This document shows positions 44,722 to 54,072 of a stretch of 64,000 bases of DNA, piece after piece. Both the position numbers and the translations under genes were made by a program. The DNA lies in contig OZ361260.1 in assembly GCA_977018835.1 (NCBI GenBank), positions 3,968,001 through 4,032,000 of the forward strand. The letters are read 5' to 3'. The stretch comes from Minutocellus sp. GHC0000111. Taxonomy: Eukaryota. The notes below the pieces were generated by a model. It saw nothing but the letters and a program-made list of their open reading frames with translations, searched no databases and was not told where the DNA came from. The first letter of the stretch is position 1. Each line of letters starts with the position of its first letter.

Positions 44722-46149
44722 ATGGTCAATCCCAGGCGACGGAACCCTTCGACCTCGCAATTCATCGGGAGACACAAACAGCAGCGCAACCTAGCGCTTA
44801 TCCGGATAGCAGCGATATGGTTTGCAACACTGTTCATCGTCACGAGCATCATTTTGTATGCCACGCTTTCGGAGCACGATGCAAATGATGATGATAATTA
44901 TGATGATCACAACGCCGAGGTCGTTGGGAAGAGGGAACCTCATGCAAAAGTTGCTGGACCTACTCCTCACACTCGCATGGACGGAGATGTGAATTTGGAC
45001 GACACTTACGCTGGAATCCGGGCTGCGCACGACAAACGCTTTCCTCCAGACGATGCCAAGAGACTCAGAGCCTTTGCGCAATCGTTACGAACTCACGATT
45101 ATCAGCTTACCGAGGGCACAGGATCAATGCCGTACGATGTTAACAACTGCCCACCGACACCACCCGAGGGCTATCCGCAGAGCTGGTCGACCCTCGATAT
45201 TTTAAATAATTGGAATCCAAACGACACTGCCGATCCACACTCCCATACCGTCTATCAGGGCATATGTCGATTTGATGCTGAGGCAGACTATGACAAAGCC
45301 AACGCATATCGAGAGGCGGAGGTTCCCTTTGTGATTCGGGATGATCCCGTGGTGCTGCCCACCGTAGAGCGATGGAATCAGCCCGAGTATCTGCCAAACA
45401 TATTGGGCCATCAGCGGCAGTACCGAACGGACATGTCTTCGACCAATCAACTCATGTTTTACCGAACGGGCAATAATGGAGTCAAAAAGTCAATTTTGCA
45501 AGATTGGGAGGAGCCCACCAAGGAGGTACTAATGTCGTATCCCGACTGGTTGGACAAGGCCAACAATCCCGATGCAGGAGAGCTGGAACCAAACAAACCA
45601 CATTGGTATTTTAGGTTGAATGCCAAGAGTCAAGTCCGTGATCATTATCTGTTTGAAGAGCTATTCTTCTTCAAACCCAAACGAAACTTTTACATGGTGG
45701 ATCCGAGTGATACGAGGGGCATCAATTGTCGGTTCGGTATGAGGGGAAACACTGCCGAGAATCATTTTGATGCATCGCGAAATTTCATTGCCTTGTTTGG
45801 TGGTGAGCGGCGATATCTTTTGAGCCATCCAAGTCAATGCAAAAATCTGGCCCTGTATCCCATGGGTCACCCATCCGCTCGGCATAGCGAGGTGGACTGG
45901 TCCAATCCTGATCTTGAGCAGTTTCCACAATTCCGTCAGGCCAAGTCACATGAGGTAGTATTGCAGGCGGGAGATGTTCTGTATTTGCCGACCAATTACT
46001 TTCACCATATTATCAGCCTGGACACAAACTTCCAGTGCAATGCGAGAAGTGGAGTGACGCAAGAATCCATGGGACTTATTCATGACTGTGGATTTGCCGC
46101 TGTTGCTCCACAGCCCATCCGCAAAACATTGCTGGGAAAGAAGCGGTGA
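44722..46149 (+). CDS. JmjC/cupin-like 2OG-Fe(II) oxygenase with N-terminal signal anchor
   Basis: TM segment near N-terminus; NCRFG..ENHFDASRNF (HxD) and LQAGDVLYLPTNYFHHIISL. Confidence 0.85.
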   Translation: MVNPRRRNPSTSQFIGRHKQQRNLALIRIAAIWFATLFIVTSIILYATLSEHDANDDDNYDDHNAEVVGKREPHAKVAGPTPHTRMDGDVNLDDTYAGIRAAHDKRFPPDDAKRLRAFAQSLRTHDYQLTEGTGSMPYDVNNCPPTPPEGYPQSWSTLDILNNWNPNDTADPHSHTVYQGICRFDAEADYDKANAYREAEVPFVIRDDPVVLPTVERWNQPEYLPNILGHQRQYRTDMSSTNQLMFYRTGNNGVKKSILQDWEEPTKEVLMSYPDWLDKANNPDAGELEPNKPHWYFRLNAKSQVRDHYLFEELFFFKPKRNFYMVDPSDTRGINCRFGMRGNTAENHFDASRNFIALFGGERRYLLSHPSQCKNLALYPMGHPSARHSEVDWSNPDLEQFPQFRQAKSHEVVLQAGDVLYLPTNYFHHIISLDTNFQCNARSGVTQESMGLIHDCGFAAVAPQPIRKTLLGKKR

Positions 46150-46466
46150 TGTGCAGATGAAATGAATAATGAAAGAAATGGAAAATAGGAAGATTTGTTG
46201 ACCGGTCTTTTTTACCGGTAGGGAGCCCTGGTAGGCGCACCTGCAGAGAGATCTACTAGAGTAGGAGGATCCTTGGCTTCCTCTTTCGTCTGACTTGCAT
46301 GTTTCGACTCTCTGGCTGGCGCGCCTTCTACTACGTACGTACGTAACTACGTAGCGGCTACGTCTGAGCAAGATTTCAAGATGATCGAGGCACCTTTGCG
46401 GAACTTCGTATCCAACGAATAGGCACAGCGTAACCACGCCCAGAGAACTCTATTTTCAGTACCACG

Positions 46467-47755
46467 ATGCCCAAGAAGAGTAGACGCAAGGCCAAGGCCG
46501 GCCGCTCGACCGCAAATGGCGCCATCCGTGCCGCCAGCATCGACAAAGATACCGGTGCGGCTCCAACTCTGCCTTCTGGCATCGAATGCCGAACGCCGGA
46601 GGTTGTAAGCGAGGGTGCCCAGATCCCCATCCTCCCCACGGCCAAGGTCACTGCGGATGGGTTGTCGAAGGAGGATTCCGAACAGAAAGGCAATGCTTTT
46701 ATTCGTTCTCTATTAGGATCAGGCCTGCGTGTCTCTGTTAACCCCGCCAAGCAATCGGGCGGGCAAATCGGGTCGTTTTATATTTCTGGATCCGGGTCGA
46801 CCGCACCTAAAATTTCCGACGATGTGATGGTGAAGGTGGCCGCGGTGATCTCCGAAGGCAAGTTGAAGAAGTGGCCGATTTCTCTGATCGAAATGAGAGC
46901 CACAGATGCTTTGGATTCTGCTCTGGTCGCTGTTTCGGATACTGCTTCAGCCTTTCCAAACCAGGATGAGGTGTTTATGCAACCCGACGGCAGACTGGCG
47001 GCCAAGATCACCGATGCAGGAGATGTCGAAATCTATTTACCGCAAGGTTTTGACAGGCGCGGACTTATCTACCAACCGTTCTACAAGAAGATCGCAGAAA
47101 TCGCAGTCGAGGGAAAAAGAAGGGGTAAGCCGAAGGCCCAGATGGAGAAGCTGGAGAAGAGAGCTAACGGCATTCTTCTCTCTACATTTAAGCACCGATC
47201 TTCTGCTAATATCGTGGAGCCGTCAGCCATGCCGGATGTGCCTCAATGTGTCCGCAAGGTTGACTGGTCCTACGGACAGCGCCTCGGACTTGCCCAGGCC
47301 TGGTACAGCAGGACTCGCACCTTCCATATGAAGAGTGATCTTTTGTCTGCCCTCGATACCCTTGCTGGATATTTCCGCTTCCCTCTTCAGCAGACAGAAC
47401 CTTTCCGAGCCCCCATGCTGTTGCTATGGTTTTACCTGAGGGAAGGCCTGGCCCAAGCTGATGTGAAGTCAATTGAGACTTACGAGACCTTTTTCCGTTG
47501 GGACCGAACCCAAAACTTGCTACAGCAACTATCCTCTGATCAGCGAGGAGAAGGAATGATGGCTCGGGCGTTGGCGTCGTACCTTCGCGCCAACACTTTG
47601 CACGATGTTTTTGTGTCCTACTTCACGCCGAGTGAAGTGACTCATCTTCGCAGATTTATTGCCTTTGCTGAAACGGCAGATCGAGAGGAATTTGCCATGG
47701 GAGCGTGGTATCAATCAAGAAGGAGAATCTAAGACACCACCGACCTCTGAAGTAA
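46467..47755 (+). pseudogene. Paralog of the 25827-27344 protein, with the MYND region deleted and a frameshift at ~47700
   Basis: Shared MPKKS.R.AK start and Y.QRL..TE.FR..DV...ETY..LRRFIA block. The family C-terminus SVVSIKKENLRHHRPLK* survives out of frame at 47702-47755. Confidence 0.72.
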
Positions 47756-48054
47756 GGCTTTGCGGAAGACAAAATTGAATCGAGACCAAAGTAGACAAAT
47801 GATCAAAGGAATTCGTCATTAGAACGACGGCACCTAAACAGGAAGAGAAAAATACCAGCCACGCACATGGGCAGGCACATACGTTTTTTGTAACTCTACT
47901 TTTACATGTAATTTTACTCTAAACTGAAACTGCTGCTACACCGCCTAATGCACAAAAAACGTTCAAGTTGTCATATCATGTCGACTCTCTTTCAATGCAA
48001 ACAAAAAGTTCTTGACTCCTCACGAATCTACTCTTCTACCAATACCGCAAACGT

Positions 48055-48825
48055 CTAAGGTTTGCAGACAAGATTCCTCAGAGCGTTGGCATCTAGGCCA
48101 GCCCTATTGACGCACATATTGCGGAAGGAATCGCAACAGTCACCAAATCCTGCGGCGGCACAGGCGCCAGAGCCCTCGTTGTTGCAACACCGGAACTTGT
48201 TGGGGTTGCTCGATTGGCATTGCTGCCCTGTCATTGCAATATTACCGCCTCCTCGATTGACGCCACTCCAGCCAGTAGTAACGCCCGGGGTGGTTGGAGT
48301 GTTGATGGGCTGAACATAGACGTTGTAGGTGGGACCGCCCCCACCAGCCTTGTTGCCGATGGTGCCGATGGGAACAGGGCCCTCGGCGGGTTGGCCGTTC
48401 TGGCCGACGTCGAAATTGGGCGTGGTCGATCCCCTAAGATTGCCAGGACTCCAGACTTGTGGAGTGTAGGACGGGCCGCCAGGGGTTCCGAAACGATTGA
48501 CGACGGGCTGGCCACCAGAGCCAGATTTCTTGCCTCCGGCGCCTGATTTCTTCTTCTTCTTTCCTCCTCCCCCGGCACCACCGGTTCTGTTGGTTGTTCC
48601 TCCTGCACCGCCGGCCCTGTTGGCGGTTGTTGCGCCGGCGCTAGTAGTAGCCCCTCCGGCGCTGCTACTAGCGCTTCTTGGTGACTTCTTCTTCTTTTTG
48701 GTCTTCTTTATTCTACGCTCGCGTGTATTTTCGTTGTGCTTTTCGCCTCGGACGGTATGCCCGGCATCAGTCTCGACGGCGGCTGCCAAAAGTAGGGCCA
48801 GAACCAGTGCGTTCTTGAGGAGCAT
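48055..48825 (-). CDS. Secreted Gly/Lys-rich protein with C-terminal 8-Cys module
   Basis: Signal peptide MLLKNALVLALLLAAAVETDA; KKTKKKKKS and GKKKKKS blocks; C-x9-CC-x7-C-x7-CC-x6-C-x15-C-KP*. Confidence 0.8.
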   Translation of the reverse strand: MLLKNALVLALLLAAAVETDAGHTVRGEKHNENTRERRIKKTKKKKKSPRSASSSAGGATTSAGATTANRAGGAGGTTNRTGGAGGGGKKKKKSGAGGKKSGSGGQPVVNRFGTPGGPSYTPQVWSPGNLRGSTTPNFDVGQNGQPAEGPVPIGTIGNKAGGGGPTYNVYVQPINTPTTPGVTTGWSGVNRGGGNIAMTGQQCQSSNPNKFRCCNNEGSGACAAAGFGDCCDSFRNMCVNRAGLDANALRNLVCKP

Positions 48826-50374
48826 TGTTGCTATCGCTATTTCTTTTGGATGTATGAGTGTTCGGGTTGATGCAATCAATTCGTTCTTCTTGTGATACGG
48901 ACCGAAAAGGATGAAAGCGAACTCCTCAGTGATCTTTGAAAGCGATCGGGTCGTGGCTCTCACCTCTCAGCGATTAGTTCTTTTTGCGCCTCCGAGCTTT
49001 CCTTTCTCATCCATGCGATGCACCTACAATTTTACACCAGCCCATCTGCCAATGACCATTGTTGGGTCATTATCGAATCTTAGCCCTCTGATGATAAGGA
49101 TGAAGGACAGACAGACGGCGTAGACGTACGTCGGATCGTCGAAAACGCTCCCCTACGCCTCTCCGCCCGAGTGTCCGCCTACACCACCGCCACCACCCGT
49201 CCAATCCCCACCAACATCGCACTCAGATTGTGGCGTGCCACCTCCAGCTTCGTCTTCACCACCAATCCTTCGCCGCAGCTTAAGAAACAAGCGCGCAAAA
49301 CCCAAGCATCTTTGATGTCGGCTTGACCACAAGCCCTGTATGTGTTTATGTAACTATCCGGGCCCTTACCTAGGTAGGGCCTCAGGAATCTCGACATGTT
49401 GTGTGCCCGTCGCTCGCTTTATCGCTGTGGCCGCCATGGCTCGGCGAGGTTTGCCCCTAAGGCACTCCTTAACGAATTTTCCTCTGTATGTAGCCTCAAC
49501 TCTTAAAATAGAGGAGTAATTATCAATCGTCGGATACGGATCACCCATGCTACTCTAGCTAGCTAGAGCTAGAATCTAGACTTCTAGTATGGACCGACCG
49601 GTACCATCGTACCATCTTTCTCACCAAAGTCTTGGAGAATGTTGTCATGTACATGTAGTACCGTTGTGGCGACGTCTCAATAGTCTCAGGCCTGCCAGTC
49701 ACGAGAGGAAAATGAAGCATACATGTACTTGATGCTACAGTCCGTCCCCGCCTACGGTACGTAGAAGGATATTGCTTTGAGACATGAGGTCTCAAAATCA
49801 GGTAGTAAAATCTGAGGTCTCAGCTGAGCAGAATATCCTTACCTAGCAATGACTTGGAACTACTAAATGTATTTGATTAGCTACATGTATGCTTGCATGT
49901 ATCAGCAGCAAAACTCTGAGGTCTACTATACATTACAAGATCTACAAAAACAAGCACATCAAATGTGCTTGCTTATTGACGGACACGGGCTGCACCTCGC
50001 ACTTGTCTTACATGTATCTCCAAGGGACGACAATTCGATAAACGTTCTTGTAGATAAATTAAATTACAGGCACCTCGCCACCTCTTCGTTATTATATTTG
50101 CACCCACTGCAAGTGAAACATGTATCCTCTAAATTGTAGGAGGGTATGGATCTACCGGTAGTATCTAGTTGTTGCACAGTTTACATGTTTATTCTTTTCT
50201 TTTTTTCTAATGCACAAGGATATGGAGAGGAGATGTGCTATACATCAATGGGGATGCTTGTCTTCGTGGCATACGCCCATTGAACACAACCTCTAATGGA
50301 ACAAAAGTAAGTCATCCTGATGCGCTTTATGATTCACATCGATTTTCCATCGTCAAAGAATGTTTGATCATTTC

Positions 50375-51544
50375 TTACGGTATGCAGAACGAGTCGGCGT
50401 ATTTGGCCATCCAGGACTGAGTGGGAAGGGTAGTACAGCCGTAGTTGAAGTTGCAGCATCCCGTGTCACACTCAGCACTGGAGCAGCATCCATCCTGGAT
50501 CGAACAGAGGGCACTGGCGACAACTACCTGATTGTTTACGCCACGGTTGGCGCTGGTGGCGACGACCTTGCCCGGAACATTGCCCGGATTATTGTTGACG
50601 GTGTTGGCAGGAGTGCTACTGACGACAACAGGGGGCGCCTGCTGTTGCTGCTGGTTGGTGTTGGCAGCATAGTTGTAAACGGGAGCCGGAACATTATTGT
50701 TGATAACGGGCGCTGGCTGCTGCTGTTGCTGCGGTGGCTGCATTTGGGAAAGTTCGAGATGAAAGAGAATATAAATGAGAAAATCGTTAGCTTACATCGC
50801 GTTTCAAGAATCAGGCACGATATATATAATGATACCACAATGCAACAACAGTATTTGACTCACCCTGTAGACACCTGCACTGGACACCGCATTGCCAGCG
50901 ACCATGTTGCCAGTGGCGGCACCGGGCGAGGCGTAGTTGGTATTGCTCGTCTGGGCCGATCCCAGAGTCACCGCCGAAGGATTCCAAGCCTGCGGCCGCA
51001 CGGCGGCATAGTTGAAGGTTCCGGCATACATACCCGTCTCCATGTTCTTGTCATTCTTTTGCTTGGCATTGTTCTTAATCTTGTCACCACCGCCACCCTT
51101 CTTGTCGCCCTTCTTATCCTTGGCATCCTTGTCGTCCTTGGGGGGTTTGACAGAGGTGATGACAGGCGACATATTGCCAGTGCCGGCCATGTTGCTAATG
51201 ACGGCCGTTTCCTTCTCGGCATTATTCTTTTGCTGCTTGGCAGCGTTATTGCCGGCACCGACATTGGTACTGGCGCTGCTGGCGCTGGTTCCACCGCCCT
51301 TCTTTTCTTCCTTTTTACTGTCCTTCTTGTCATCCTTCTTTAGTTCACGACGTTGACGACGACGACGTCTGAGACCAGCATCGGTCGGCGTGCCGGCAAT
51401 GTCGACAGCCGCATCATCAACGGGCGCATCCTTGGCGTCACCGACCTGCCACCGACCACGGAGCTTGGTCCGGTCCGCATGGACGGAATTCAGGGTCGAG
51501 GATGTGACCACAAGGGCAAAAAAAGCAAAGTTTCGAAAGATCAT
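50375..51544 (-). CDS. Secreted Lys-rich protein with C-terminal 8-Cys module; intron 50863-50738
   Basis: Signal peptide; RRRRRQRREL followed by KD-rich blocks. A phase-0 GTGAGT..GCAG intron joins ORFs 50804..51544 and 50375..50743. C-x5-CC-x4-C-x3-CC-x5-C-x16-C-IP*. Confidence 0.8.
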
Positions 51545-51913
51545 AATTTATTTGTCGTTGAAACGAAATTCAATTTGACTCGACGTGTTATAACGCAGAG
51601 AGTGCTTGTTTTTGGGTTCTCTTTCTCAAAAAGATGCAATCTTCCTTTGAATCGAATCGATCGGAAGTCAACGAAAGGTTTTGATGTGAAAGATGCGTCA
51701 ACTACAAATTGTAGATCTTGCTCGTAGTGGTTGGAAGTGGAACAAATTGGCACAGATGCCAAACGGTCATCCACCGACGACGGAAAGACGTAATAAAAAA
51801 AGGGAAATTCCCTTTTACAAATCCCCCTTTCAACACATGATGTGTCATTTTGCGTGAAATGAGAACAAGAAGCCAAGATACGATCGCATGCTCCGCCATA
51901 ACACGATCCAATA

Positions 51914-54035
51914 ATGAAGACCAATCGCTTACCAGCTACCCACCTCGGTCAAGATGACGAGGGCAGAAGCAGCCGCGAGAGCAGCCCTGATCACCACCCG
52001 CACCAAATCATTGCGCCCGCCTCCTCGCTGATGGGCCGGACCAACACGTCGGAGCTCAGCGCCATCACCCTCCCATCGGCCGTGTCGGACATCAATTTGA
52101 GCCCTGCCACCGGTGAGACGGATGCGGCTGATAGCAGCATTGGTGGTAATTCCAATGTAAATGCCCAGTATCATCACCTGCACGGCCAGACATTGCACGA
52201 CGAGGCCATGGTAATTGCCCAACAGGAACGGTCCGTTTCATCATTGCCGTCCCTGGCCACCACGCCCGAACGTGTCAATGACGAAGGCCAATCGTTGCTG
52301 CATCGCGGCAGAGGAGGAGGTGCTGATCATACACAGCAGGACAAACTGTATCACAGCTTTGGTACCATGGAGGATGTCAGTGGTGCCTCGATGTTTGTCC
52401 AGGCTGGGAATAATAAGCAGGGCAAAGCACAGCATACTACTACGAGTAGTGGTGCCAAGGTGGCAAACGCTGAGATCAGTCTGCCCGCCGGTGGTTTTCC
52501 ACTGACTGCCGCTGGCACTCCCGCCGATGGTAAGAAGTCCGTGCTGTTCTCGGGCCTGCCAATATCAGGCTACCAGAATGATGCAAAGGCAAACGAAGCC
52601 GAAGCACACCACGAAAAGGCCAAAAGGCGGAAAAGTGTTCGCTTTTCCGTCATTGGGAATATGTTTGCCAGCGTCTTGGGGATAAATCCATCGTCCTTTG
52701 ACGACAGCGACGACGAAGAAATGAGCAACCATGGAACGACAGAAAATAATGTGGGAGAAGAGAGCAGCGAAGCAGGTCGGAAGCGAGGGTGGAGCATAAT
52801 CCGCAATCGTCAAAAGAGCATCGTTTTGTATGGGAGACGTCTTATCCAAAATGATAGCAATGACGAGGAGGAGGGATGCAGCAACGGAGAAACAGAAGGA
52901 GACGACATATTTTTGAGTGAACATTCTGCCCAACGTCGGGAGAGCGATCGCAAGGCCCGGCAGCGGGAGAAGATATTGCAAAGGGCCAATTTAGCCGCTG
53001 AGCGATATGAAATCACCATTACCGATTGCTTGCTCGCAATTGCATGCTACCTTGGCCTATCGGCTCTAGCCTTTTCGGTTTTCTTTGAACACTGGAGCGT
53101 CATTGATAGTGCCTATTTTGCCGTGGTAACCTTTACTGCATGTGGCTACGGAGATTTGGTTCCTTCAACAAATGGTGGGCGGCTATTTTGCACATTTTTT
53201 TGCGCTTGGAGGATGTGCATTCCTTGGCATTGCCCTGGGTATTCTTGGCGATCACATGATCAAGAGCGAGGTAGAGAAGAGGAAAAGGTTGGAAGTTCAA
53301 CGTCAGAGCAAAGTGATGAAATCATTCGTTGCTCAAGAGAGCAGTGGAGGATCCGAAAGAAACTTATCTCGAAATTCTCTGAGGGACTCATGGGGCAACG
53401 CAACCAACAGGTTTTCACTCGTCAAACTCCCTGCACTTATCATCATCGTTTCCTGCAGGGCATTTATCTCCATCAAGGAAGGGTGGAACTTTATTGACGG
53501 CCTCTTTTATACCATCGTAACGGCCTGTACTATTGGGTATGGAGACTTGGCGCCTACCTTGGAAAGTACAAGGGCAGTTGCGGTACTTTTTGTGCCATTC
53601 TCTGTCGCATGCTTGGGCGCTCTGCTGGCTAGAATAGCATCGGCTGTCATTAACAGACGCCAGCAAAAGTTCTGGGAAGATCTATTGCACTTTGAGCTAA
53701 CTCCCGATTTATTTGAAGCGTGCGATTCATCTAATGATGGCCGCGTTGATAAAGCTGAGTACATGACCTTCATGCTGCTCGCCATGCGTGCCGTAGACTC
53801 GGAATTGCTGGATGCAATCAGTGCTCAATTCGATAAGCTCGATGTCACAAAAACTGGCGATTTGTGCATCAAAGATCTATTGGAGGCCCTCGAAAAAATC
53901 CTTCACAGCCCAAAGAAGAAATTAGAATTGCATAGGTACAAACAATCGTTGCTTGCAAAAGGCGCGATAAAGAAAGGCTTGGGCAAGTCCATCCGTTTTG
54001 GGTCAGGTGGAGTTAGCCCCTGCAATAAGTTATGA
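51914..54035 (+). CDS. Two-pore (TPK/KCO-like) K+ channel with EF-hands; +1 frameshift in T7 run 53195-53201
   Basis: Two pore loops (DSAYFAVVTFTACGYGDLVP; DGLFYTIVTACTIGYGDLAP) and EF-hand-like DSSNDGRVDKAEY, FDKLDVTKTGDL. Removing one T restores FCTFFALGG. Confidence 0.85.
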
Positions 54036-54072
54036 TAATATCATTGCTAATTCAATTCGAGTCTATTGTAAA

